DNA of 63,823 nt, the filler included, from Octopus bimaculoides (taxonomy: Eukaryota): the NCBI RefSeq assembly GCF_001194135.2. It is 8 parts of 6 records of this genome, joined end to end, with 100 filler letters (N's around TTAATTAATTAA, not from the genome) between each part and the next. Parts side by side here need not be neighbours in the genome. Positions count along the whole stretch, not along the records: positions 50,699 to 62,557 come from NC_068990.1; 7 more parts are not named here. The stretch is one strand, 5' to 3'. A program made the position numbers and the translations under genes. This document shows, one piece after another, positions 50,699-62,557 of this stretch. Under the pieces are notes generated by a model. It did not search any database, was not told the DNA's origin, and worked only from the letters and a program-made list of their open reading frames with translations. Positions within the stretch are counted from its first letter, which is position 1. Every line of letters starts with the position of its first letter.

Positions 50699-53600
50699 CT
50701 CCATGACCAGTCCAACCACGACCCGAGCCAATCTTTTAGCTAATACCTTGTCCAAAATCTTCAGCTCTGTATTAAGCAGAGTGATGAGCCGGAAATTATC
50801 TATACTATCCCCCTTGTCCGGGCCCTTTATAAGAAGTGCTACCACTCCCCGGCTGACAGATCTGGGGATGAACCCATTCTGTTGCCAGTTCGGGAAAACA
50901 CATGCCAGTAATGTGCCCGAACAAGTCTGGCATACTCTTATAGAATTCGTAGGGAAGACCATCGAGCCCCGGCGACCTGTCCCCCAGGACAGTCCTTCAA
51001 GGCATCCTCAACTTCCGCAGCTTGTGACAGGCCCTTCACAACATTCCGTTTCCTGCCCCGAGAGACGCTGCAAACCGGCGAGGTAGACTGTAGGGTCTAC
51101 TCTGCGCTCTGGTCCGCCGCTTCTCCCGAAAAAGCTGGCCAAAATGTTCGTAAAAGACCTTGCACATCTCCTCGGGTTCGTTTACCACTTTCCCTTGTTT
51201 GTTCGACATAAACTTTATTCTGGCATCATTGCTTTGTTAAACTTCTACCGCACGGACCCTTCTCGCAGTGCGAATTCCCTCTCGACCCATTGCACGACGT
51301 TTAGCCCTGACAATGTATCTTTCGTGTTTAGCTTCGAGGTGTTGGTTGAGCGCCAATCTCGCGGCCAAAACTCAGGATGCACTGCCACTTTCCAAAGTCT
51401 CTTCTAGGGCCTTAACTCAGCCCCTTTCTATTCTATTCTTTCTAGCTGCTTACTCTCTGCTGTATCTAATTGACTCAATGTTAATGGCTCTTTTGAGGGC
51501 TCTCCACCATCTGTTGGTAATAATGGTGCCTGTCAGAGCCTTCTTTACTAACAAATCCGGTTCCTGTACTCCACATCAGTCAAAAGAGACTTATTGAGCT
51601 TCTAGTAACCGGGACCTTGTTTACTTATCTAAAACAAGCGTACAGGACACACGCTTGTGGTCGCTATATCTAACATGATAAAATTGTGGACAACTAACTA
51701 TGCTCTTATCTTTACGTCTAACTAAAATCCTGTCTAGATAAGATATAGAAGATCCGTCGCTATTCGTCTAGGTTCACACTGGAGCGTCCGGAAATTCTCA
51801 TCTGTACCGATCTACTAGCTGAAAGCGACTGAGCAGACCGGTGAGGTATTGTTTTCCCTTCTACTTGGATTCGAGCCAATACAATCTACGCGTGCATCGC
51901 AGATTGTGTTAAAGTCACCTAATACAACTAAAGTGTGAGACGTGCCTAAGAAATTCTCTAGGCTTCTAAAAAATTCAGTTTGTCCAACCCCACAAGGAGC
52001 ATAGACACCAACTAACTATTTTTTACCTCTGCTGATTGTCACATTGAGGACAACCAGCCTGCTTTACGGGTCGATAAAGATTGCTCTAGTTTCGGAAACC
52101 AGGTTTTTCTTGAGTAGAATTGCAACACCATACCCTCTCCCTGGTTGGCTTGGAGAAATAAATTTCTCGTAGCCGTTCAGGAGGGGAGAAAAGGCCCGCA
52201 TCCCACTCAGCCTGGTTTCCGTGGCCACTATCACATCCAGTCAGTATGACCTGAGGTCATTAAGAAAGCGACCTTGCTTCCAGTCAGACTCCAGGCCACG
52301 TACCTTTATACAACTTAAAAAACGGCTTACCTTCTACTAGAGAAGGGATTGTATTCCCTTCTTTCTCTCGTCTGCGTCTTGCGTGGTCACCGTACATGGA
52401 CTTGCTTAAGTCCATCCTTGGAGGGCCTATGTCTGTAGAGTAGTAACCATTCAACATTTGGAGGTTACGTAAGTCAATTGAATAAATTACAATTCCTTCA
52501 GGAAGTTTTATGTAATTTTCTTGATATATTTTCACCGTTGGAATGTTTTTGAGGCGTGTCATCAATTGATCGTTCTTTGCGTTAATCGCTACCAAGTTCG
52601 GCGTCTATTGCCATGTTATGGGACTCTTTCTCAGGACTAGAAGGGAGAGAATGTTTTTCCGGGGCTGGAAAGAGGGGATGCCCGGGGCCGGAGGGAGGGG
52701 ATATCGGGGCCGGGAGGAGGGCATATCATTGTTTCTTTAGGTGAGTAGTGGTCGGGAGGGGCGGTATGTACTTTGTGTGTATCTGCAGAGGGGGTGCTTT
52801 TTTGTTTGTGTTAGAAGTGGAGGGGGTGGGATTGAGATGCTTTCTTTTGGGGATTTTTTTCCCTTTTTACAGTAGTCCATTCGTCTATAGTTCCCTCAAT
52901 CCCGGCAGATTGAATATTACCACTGCCGGAGGTTTAGGGGTTGACCTCCTGCGTCTCTGCCTCCTTTTTTTCTGTATTATTTTTTGTCTCCGCCTTACGG
53001 GTAGGGCAATTTGCCCGAATGTGACCCTTTTTCCCACACTCATAGCAACGGGGTCTTTTCCCCTCTACTATTACCCGCAAGGTGGTTTCTACTCCTATAT
53101 GAATATTTTCCATAATTTTTTTTAGCGCTTACGGTGCCGCTTGAATTATTACCTCTAGACCCTGTCCTTTCCAGTTTTGCTGGTGGATCTTCGAGGCTTC
53201 CAAGATTGTAATTTTATCATAAAGGCTGTGCATAGCCAAGTTACATTTATTTCTGGCGGAATCTCATCAATGGTTATACGTTACGTACGTCTACATAAAT
53301 CTGTTGACAGCAACACGATGTCAGCTGTTCTTAGTGGTTTCACTGAATGCATCTTCGCTTTTTCTTCACTTTTGAAATAGACCACAATGGTCACAAATTT
53401 TTTAACTCTGGTCAGGAACGCTATGTCATGCCAGATTAGCTGGAGGCATTTCTCCACATCTTCCTTTGACGCCTTGTCCAGTATTTTCTCCTTTACAATG
53501 ACTTTTAAATACGATAATTTTTCTTGCCGTATTTTCAATAATTTCGTAAGGGAGGGTGGCTTTCACATCATTTCCCTCCCTGGCAAACATATTCTGGTAT

Positions 53601-53884
53601 TACATCAACGATTCGGGTTCAATGTTCAGTCTTTCCTTCTGGATTTGCGGTCAATTCTTCATGCTTAGGCTTTTCGAACATTCAATAGACAACAATTTAC
53701 CGGATTCTTCAATTTTCTTCCCGACAATGAACATTTTTTCGCAATTTTCAATTTTATCTTCTTCAGAGGAAATATTCGTATTTTGGGGAAAAAATCCATC
53801 CCACAAACAAACAGATTATTTGTTTATTCCCCCCCCCTCACAGAGGGGAATAAGTTTCACTACGTCTGCGAAACGCAGAACGTA
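50699..53884 (-). mobile_element. Tx1/L1-clade LINE, 5' part: ORF1 with CCHC knuckle, ORF2 APE endonuclease and start of RT; degraded
   Basis: Minus strand: CYECGKKGHIRANC zinc knuckle (about 53005-53046); APE motifs DVIVATET, VGVYAP, LVVLGDFN, IDRIL, YSDH (52260-51640); RT start QQNGFIP...DNFRLITLLNTELKILDKVLAKRL (50699-50962), running into a spacer gap. Confidence 0.9.
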
Positions 53885-54092
53885 ATTAATACAACAGAAC
53901 AATATAACAGAAAAAGAGTTCAACAATACCAACAACTTCAACAACAGCAATTTCAACAAGCAAATCAACAGCAATCCAATAACCAACTCAAAAAAGGAGT
54001 AATTTTGAATTAATTTTAATTCGGGGCACAAGGCCCAAACACAAAGGAAACATACATAGACATGCGGGGACAAACAACACATAAAAGGATGA

Positions 54093-54161
54093 ATGAAAAT
54101 GAAATAATTACATGAAAATGAAATAATTACATGAAAATGAAATAATTACATGAAAATGAAA
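54093..54161. repeat. 19-bp tandem repeat, about 3.6 copies (ATGAAAATGAAATAATTAC)
   Basis: Units at 54093, 54112, 54131 and a partial unit at 54150. Confidence 0.95.
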
Positions 54162-54166
54162 CGGCC

Positions 54167-54305
54167 AATAAAGGCAACACCGCAACGGAAAGTGCGAGGA
54201 GTATTAATGTAGTATATGGAAATCGGACAAAAAGCGTAAGCCAGTGTCAACAGTGGTTCCAGAAATTCCGAACCAGAAACTACAGCCTAGAAGATGAAAC
54301 ATTTC
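54167..54305 (+). mobile_element. Mariner HTH fragment, same family as 25041-25478
   Basis: NKGNTATESARSINVVYGNRTKSVSQCQQWFQKFRTRNYSLEDE; DNA is clearly similar to 25285-25415. Confidence 0.8.
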
Positions 54306-54317
54306 ATCACCCATTCT

Positions 54318-54410
<93 letters not shown>

Positions 54411-55627
54411 TTTCAAGAAGGAAGCAAGACATTGAACAATATATTTTGCAATGTATATCTTATAATGTGAAATATTATCTATAAGATATGTTCATGTATA
54501 AGAAAACAAACATTAACGTATGCTCATAAAAAAATACTATATTTCAACCGTTTATCTGATGTTTCTATATATATTACTTTATCGTTATATTAGTTAACAT
54601 GCCGTGCAAATAATCGTTCGGAATTGCTGAACGTTCGTTTTCTCTTTTTTACACAAGAAGAAACATTATTAAATTTTTACATGTTTTGCTCTATTAAAAT
54701 TTTTGATTTTTACATTGTAGAAATATAATTTTGTTTTTGTAATCACTTATAATGTTTAACATTAATTAAATTTTTTTTCCTATTTTTCAAACTTTTATTT
54801 ATGTTTAGCGTGTATGCGTTTGTTGCTTGTTTGTGTGTGTGTGTTTCCTTCCCCGTATGTCTGTATTTTATTGTTGCGAGAATAATAAACTGTGGCTATA
54901 ACTTATGTGCTTCTTAAAATGGATATTTGTGATAAAGGGGAAAAATATAATAAAAAACACAGGCAATGATAATTCGAGAAGAAAAGACTTAAAACGTAAA
55001 ATATACATTGAAATTAGAAGCACAAACAGCTGTTATTATTTCACACTTTAAAACTGCTGTGACAGGTTTTACTCTTTTGTTTGAGGGTACGTGTGCATGC
55101 ATCTATTAGTAAATATTCTAACCGTGTCTAATTTACTTTTAGATTAGCTAAGTCTGAATGTAACGAAAAAATAACAGCAACATCCAAAAAACATATTACA
55201 AATATTATAATACAAAAATCAATGACGGTATAAAGAACATGTTTCCAGAATACATCGTCAACAACAACAATAAGGAAGTTCTCTGAAACAGAAGTCAGTG
55301 ACGTGACACTGCAGCAATACAAGGGCGATCATAAATCAATGCACGAAAATAAATCTAGAAAAGAAGATGAATGGAAAGGACCTTTAAAAAAATCAGCAGA
55401 AATGATGATGATAATGATGATGATGATGATGGTTGTGGTGGTGAGACTAGTGATCATGGTGATGTTGATGATGGTGGTGGATATCGTGGTAGTTCTGGTG
55501 ATGTCAGCGGTGATCCTTGTGATGATGGTGGTGTAGAAGAAACGAAACATTTCTTCCATATTTTAAAATGATTGATCATATAAAAAGATTTACATTCGTG
55601 TAAGTAGCAATGAGAACAATGAGAAGG

Positions 55628-55629
<2 letters not shown>

Positions 55630-55712
<83 letters not shown>

Positions 55713-55732
55713 ACTCCTGCTGCTGCTGCAAG

Positions 55733-55779
<47 letters not shown>

Positions 55780-55780
55780 G
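55630..55780. repeat. Compound trinucleotide repeat (ACT)n(GCT)n(ACT)n
   Basis: Read directly from the sequence; explains the poly-V/poly-S ORFs. Confidence 0.95.
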
Positions 55781-55794
55781 CAATAATGGCTTCA

Positions 55795-55992
55795 AATGTT
55801 GCCACAAGGGCGGCGATTTTGGGGAGGGGGATATGTCGATTTCATCGACCCCAGTGTTGAACTGGTACTTATTTTATCGACCCTACATGATGAAAGGCAA
55901 AGTCGACCTTGACAGAATTAGTACATAGCGATAGACGAAATACTGCTAAGCATTTCTCCCGGCGTGCTAACCATTATGGCAGCTCACCAACT

Positions 55993-55993
<1 letters not shown>
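55795..55993 (-). mobile_element. SINE family A between (ACT)n and (AAT)n tracts
   Basis: Reverse-complement SINE A with its head at about 55990. Confidence 0.8.
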
Positions 55994-56077
<84 letters not shown>

Positions 56078-56146
56078 GAAGAAGAAGAAGAAGAAGAAGA
56101 AATAAGAAGAAATAAGAAGAAATAATAAGAAATAATAAGAAAAAAA

Positions 56147-56695
56147 CACCGGGGAAGTTTAACATGTGAGTACGATAAATCACTGCTCCGAAACTTATTC
56201 CAAAACATCGGAAATAAAGACATCGCATGGAGCCAAAAAATAGCTGACAAAGGGTTGGACTATACCCGAGTAAGTAATACTCATTGAAATTTATTTCTAT
56301 TTTTCTAAATATAATGATGCATTTTAACTTGATACCTCCACTACCCGAACAGCGATCGTAAACACACGTGTTACATCAAAATCAGACCATCTTCGAACCC
56401 CAAAACACCATGTACAAAAAAATTACAAACAGATTAAATAACCGGTATTACTCCACCCAAGAATAACAACCGAGAAGGACGTACTGTAAGCTTGTTACGA
56501 AAAAAGTACGAAGATATGAACGTGCAAAACAATCTGACAACAGAAATAAACGAACCGGTACCCTACGAAAACGATGACCGTCAAAATAAAGGGCAGGACG
56601 TTGTTCCTCATGTCCCGCAAACAAAACCAAAACGGCATAAATGGACACGTGAGAAACACAGGAATAGAAATATAAGAGAATTATTAACCTCTAAT
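56147..56695 (+). mobile_element. Dong/R4-clade LINE 5' end (copy A), cut off on its 3' side
   Basis: Starts CACCGGGGAAGTTTAACATG directly after an (AAT)n/(AAG)n tract. Collinear with the 5' region of the full-length copy at 58278 onward (for example PVPYENDD...VVPHVPQTKPKRHKWTRE). Confidence 0.8.
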
Positions 56696-56699
56696 TTTG

Positions 56700-57469
56700 A
56701 CCCCAAGGAAACCAACGTTGGAGTTTCTGCACGCGGTACCTTGAAAAGAGCTGCAAGGGAAGTAAGCCCTGTTCATTGTGCAACAACATGAGCTAATTCA
56801 ATTGCATCAAAAATCAGAACAGACATTTTATGATTTACACGGATGGTGAAACGTGTAGAGATTTACACGGATGGTGAAACGTGTACGTAGCAGAATGCAC
56901 CAAACACAACTTGATTTTTATTGGTTGTACAACAGAACAATTACACAAAAGATTGCATGGGCACAGATATGACGTCAGGCACAATAACAGTAGTTCAACA
57001 AATCTTGCCGAACATTTTGCATCAAACGGCTGCAATTTTGAAAAAGACTTGAAAGTGCATATTTTCAGTAAATGTTCGGAACCTACTACACTTTCAGTCC
57101 GCAGAATGCATGAGGAGAAATATATTTGTGAGGTATTAGCATCACACCCGGGAGGGATGAACAAAATGACAGGGGAATTTCACAAAACAGTTTGATTAAA
57201 TATTCTTCTTTAAACTTTCTTTTTCCTTTACTTTTCTTTTTTTCTCTTTTTTCTTTCTTTTCCTTTGCCAATTGTGTACACGAAAATTGAAGACTGATGA
57301 TGTCATTCTGTCAACCTGGGAACGCTGGTTGCTCTCATTCAAATTTTTAATTTGATTTCCTATGTATCACTTTTCATTTTGAACTCTACAAAGACAGGCA
57401 AGCTGTCGAAATATCGTTCAACCAATAAAATATCTATTGGAATCGCTTCGCGTTCTTCCTATTGTCTAC

Positions 57470-57470
<1 letters not shown>
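56700..57470 (+). mobile_element. Penelope-like element 3' fragment (GIY-YIG plus putative pLTR), different in type from the Neptune-like copies
   Basis: ORF 56881-57195 YVAECTKHNLIFIGCTTEQLHKRLHGHRYD...NLAEHF...DLKVHIF...RRMHEEKYICEV...PGGMN is a GIY-YIG domain. It is followed by a pyrimidine-rich tract and a pLTR-like tail. Confidence 0.8.
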
Positions 57471-57516
<46 letters not shown>

Positions 57517-58277
57517 TGCATGGTAAGTATGTGGATCGTAGCAAACAAGCTGATGTCGACCAGAAACGCACGCATCAGTGGTTACGAAGTTCAGGGCTAA
57601 AAGCAGAGAGTGAAGGTTTCATATTGGCTGCTCAAGACCAAAGCTTATTAACTCGGAACTACCAAGCCAATGTGATAAANNNNNNNNNNNNNNNNNNNNN
57701 NNNNNNNNNNNNNNNNNNNNNNNNNNNNNNNNNNNNNNNNNNNNNNNNNNNNNNNNNNNNNNNNNNNNNNNNNNNNNNNNNNNNNNNNNNNNNNNNNNNN
57801 NNNNNNNNNNNNNNNNNNNNNNNNNNNNNNNNNNNNNNNNNNNNNNNNNNNNNNNNNNNNNNNNNNNNNNNNNNNNNNNNNNNNNNNNNNNNNNNNNNNN
57901 NNNNNNAAATGTGGCACCTCAAGGCGACTACCATACCAGTTATTGTAGGATCTCTAGGAATGATAAAAAAAGGTACTGAAACCTATTTGAAAATGATACC
58001 AGGCTTACCATCCCTACAGGAAGTGCAAAAAATCGTGTTAACTGGAACGACTCATGTACTGAGAAGAGCATTATCGCTGTGAAAACAACATCCATTCATG
58101 ATTTAAAAAAAAAAAAATTTTTTTTTAAATACATGGTTTACCTGTGAATTTGCGTGTGTAAACTGGGATTGCATACAACGAGTTTCTCTGCCCTAGGTGT
58201 ACGGAAAACACTCGGCGAGAAATGGAAGAAGATTTGAAGAAAGAAGGAAAAAAACAACATAATAATAATAATAATAA
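57517..58277 (+). mobile_element. Dong/R4-clade LINE, 5'-truncated second family (copy B)
   Basis: Begins in (AAT)n. MHGKY...THQWLRSSGLKAESEGFILAAQDQSLLTRNY...MWHLKATTIPVIVGSLG...LQEVQKIVLTGTTHVLRRALSL*, then a 3'UTR ending in (AAT)n. Contains a gap. Confidence 0.9.
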
Positions 58278-61200
58278 CAACGGGGACGTTTAACATATGA
58301 GAGCAATAAAACACTGCTCCGAAGTCTATCCAAAAGCATCGAGAATAAAGACAACAAATGGAGCCTGAAATAACTGACAAAGTGTTGGACTATATCCGAG
58401 TAAATAGTCCTCATTAAAATTTATTTCTATTTTCCGAATGAAACGTATTTTTTTAAGTATGCGTCACCTCCGTCACTCGCACAACACGTGTAAACAGGCT
58501 CGTCACGCTGACAAAGAGCTGGACTATATCCGAGTGAGTAATGCTCATTAAAAGTGTTGGGCTATATCCGAGTATGTAATACTATAATTTATTTCTATTT
58601 TCCAAATTAAATTATGTATTTTAACTGTCATTTCCATCACCCGCACAACACGCGTAAACACGCTTGCCACACCACGATTCAATCAACAACAGACCACCTC
58701 CATCACAAACCACCATGCACAAAAATTGAAAAGTAAATTAAATAATACCCGTATTATCCAACTCAAGGATAACAAATGGGTAGTACGTACTTTAACCTTG
58801 TTCCACAAAAAGTACGAAAAACTACACGTGCAAAACCAGTTAACACCAGAAATGAACGGACTGGTACCCAACGAAAATGATGACCATAAAAATAAAGAGC
58901 CAGATGTTATTCCTCATGTCCCGCAAATAAAATCAAAAAAGCATAAATGTACACGTGAAGAATATATTTCAATTCTACACGTTTATTTTACAGCGGTTCT
59001 CTCCCCACAGAACGAAAACACAACAAAATATACATATAAAATCTCAAAGAAAAATGACCTAGATAAAGATTTGGATACAGTAATGAACCCTGATAAACTG
59101 GCTAACATGCGGAGATATATTCTCAAAACACAAAAAAAATATATCAGAAATAGAAATAGAACACTAAAAAGGAAAAATACATCAAGAAAACGTAGATAGC
59201 AACCACCCAGTAACGCCAGATAATATCATAAGCGCTGGGACGGTAAAACACGTAGACAGATGTAACATGTCCAACAAAGAGGAAGTAAACAATGGAAGAC
59301 AACAAACTCAGACTGTAAGAATGCATAGTGATAAGCAAAATGCACCAAATCAGAACACCACAAACATAAATATAATTGGGAAGCAATACGAAACAAATCT
59401 AAAACTTGAAAACAGTAAAGGTGAAATTGATGATTATGATGCTCTAAAAATGAGCATAATCAAAGAATTGAAAGCCACAGATCTCCGTATGGACCACCGA
59501 TTGTACCTCCCAAAAATTAAAATTCAGAATAAAACAACACCAATAATAAATAGCATGAACATGGCCGTCACAGAACTAATAGTCACAGAAATAAAAGTCA
59601 ATATGGCCAGGCTAAACGATATAATATACGCAGCGGCCTCTGTGGCCACAAAAGACGCTGGATACCCCCTCAAACCCATCCAAACAGGAGTATCACCACC
59701 CAAACAAACCCTGTGGATAAATAATACCCAGAAAAGAATAGAAAATAAGAGAAAGTATCTGTCAATCCTTAATGAAACTAGTAGACAATCAACACTACTA
59801 AGCAACTAAAAGAGAAGAAAAATACTACGTAAATACAAAATTACAGAACAAGGTATACCTAAGGTAAAAGAACAGCTGAAGCAAGATATCCTCATCAGAG
59901 CACAAACAATCTGCCGGTGAGAGAAACGCCAACGTTTGTTTGAACAAAACAAACAGCTCAACTCAAATCTCAAAAGATTCTACCAAGAACTTGGCAAAAA
60001 TAAAATAGAGATCAATGCAACTCCAACTACAGAGGAGGAAGTCGAAGAATGTTGGAAAGGAATATGGTCGGTGAAGGAACAACCTCAGAAAAGGTCTATC
60101 AAAACAACGAACACAGCACCTGAACAACTCTGGACCCTTATAACAACTGAAGAGGTCACTCAGGCACTGTAAAGGCTAAGCAACTGGAAGGCATGCGGCA
60201 CGACAAGATCCCCAAGTTCTTGTTAAAATACCTAACAAGAATACACGTAAAAAGCTGGCTGACAATTTTAACGAAATACTATCAGAGGCAGAGACTATGC
60301 CTGAATGGCTCACGAAAGGGAGAACTATCCTAATTCTCAAATCCACTGAAACGGCAAACCCACAAAATTACAAACCGACAACTTGTCTCTTTACGATTTA
60401 CAAAGCCTTTTCTGCAATAACATCGCAGAGAATGAGCAAGCATCAGGAAGAAAACAACCCGTTTCCAGAAGAGCAGAAGGGGCAGAAAGAAGAAGCGTCT
60501 AAGTATGGCCTAAATCAATTACCGAAAGGCTTTTGATAGTATTCCGCACACATGGGTCCTAGAAACACTAGCCATGAACAAAGTAGCACCAATAACCATA
60601 AAATATATAAAACATTCCATGAATAAATGGCAGAAAATGTGACAACTCCAAACAAAAGAGGGATTTATAAAAGCCAAAGCCATCCCCATTAGAAGAGGAA
60701 TATTCCAAGGAGACATACTCTCTCCACTCCTTTTCTGCTGGGCACTGACACCTTTATCTGACATGCTAAACAGAACTCTATGTGGATACAACTGTTATGC
60801 AAAACAATCAGCAACATCTTATATATGGATGATCTAAAACTGTACACTACAAATGATAAACAGCTGGAAACAATACTACAGACAGTACATGGATTTACCA
60901 AACAGATAAATATGAAATTTGGCTTAGAAAATATGACAAAGCAACCTTGAAAAACGGAAAACTAGTTAGGAGTAGCAACATCACACTAAATAAAGCAAAT
61001 GAAATAAAAGAATTAGACCAAAACCAGATATACAAATACTTAAGAATAAATGAACTAGATACGATACAACACACACAAATGAAAGAGAAGATATAGACGA
61101 GTTAGATTAATACTGAAAACGAAGCTCAATGCGAAAAACAAGATAATAGGTATCAACACTCTAGCCTTCCCAGTTATAAGTTACAGCTGCAATATTCTTA

Positions 61201-62451
61201 ACTGAGCTCTAAATGAACTAATGAGAATAGACAGGAAAGCAAGAGAAATAATGACAGGATTTAGAATGCACCACCCAAAATCTGGCATAGAAAGGTTATA
61301 TATACAGCGTATGGAAGGTGATAGAGGCCTTATACAGCTAGAAAACTATTACAAAATAGCAACCATAGGACTACAAAGATACCTTCACTGGAAGCAAGGA
61401 AAACTAATACAAATATCCACAAAACACGAACAAAGCAAAAAGCTGTTTTCAGCTTTTAAGGAAGCTGACAATTACAAAAAAGAAGTCATAGTACCTAACA
61501 ACTATGAAAAAGAAGAGATAACAAAAGCTGTAAAACAACTGAAATCCAAACTAAAACTGGAACAGCAACGGATTATGATAAAACGATGGCAAGAAAAGCT
61601 CCTTCACGGCAAACACTGGATTAAACTAAACAAAAAAGAAATAGACAAAGCAAAATCCCAACAATCGCTGAGAAGCTCAGGACTCAAAGCAGAAACTGAA
61701 GGATTTTTAATTGCAGCACAAGATCAAATCCTCCCTACCAGAGATTACCAAAACATGCAAAGAAAAGAAATACAACAACTAACTGCCGAATATGTGCTGA
61801 TGAAGAAACAATAAATCATAATGTGTCTAGCTGCCCAGTACTGGATAAGAAGGAATATATTCACAGACACAACAGAGTTAAGACCTATATACACTAGAAG
61901 CTGTGCCAACACTACGGAATAACAACAGAAATAAGATGGTATAGACACACCCCAGTAACGGTCACAGAAAATGAGAAAGCGACCATACTCTGGGATATGC
62001 CAATACACGCAGATAGAGAAATCAAGGCCAATAGGCCGGATATAGTTGTCAGAGGTCATCGAGAAAATCTTTTTCTAATTGATGTATCAATGCCAACAGA
62101 TGACAATGTTTCTCTAAAAGAAACAGAGAAACCTTCAAAATACAAATACCTGGAAATAGAGGTAACTCGAATGTGGAGCTAAAAACAGAAACGATCCCTA
62201 TCATAATAAGCGCATTAGCTATGATAAAAATATTCAGACAAATACATAACAAAAACACCATAACTTACAAGTATATATAACATACAGAAAATAACACTCG
62301 TAGGCACCGCACACATCCTACGTAAATCACTTTCAATAAAGTAAAAATGAGAGCATCGTAGCAAACCACATGACATACCCAAGGCACACAGTGCTGCGCT
62401 CGGTAGTGCAGTGAAAGTACGTGATACAAGTAAGATTAACGAATAATAATG

Positions 62452-62530
<79 letters not shown>
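58278..62530 (+). mobile_element. Near full-length Dong/R4-clade LINE (RT plus restriction-like endonuclease), multiply frameshifted (copy C)
   Basis: RT motifs PEWLTKGRT, EEQKG, RRGIFQGD (FQGD 60703-60714), YMDDLKLY (YMDD 60822-60833); GLKAETEGFLIAAQDQ; E-T-x-x-H-x-x-S-x-C zinc remnant; NRPDIVV...LIDVSMP...KY restriction-like endonuclease; 3'UTR ending in a long (AAT)n tail. Confidence 0.92.
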
Positions 62531-62536
62531 GGATAA

Positions 62537-62557
62537 CACCGGGGAAGTTTAACATGT
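62537..62557 (+). mobile_element. 5' end of a further Dong-like copy (copy D) running into a spacer gap
   Basis: CACCGGGGAAGTTTAACATGT is identical to the start of copy A (56147-56167) and follows the (AAT)n tail of copy C. Confidence 0.75.
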
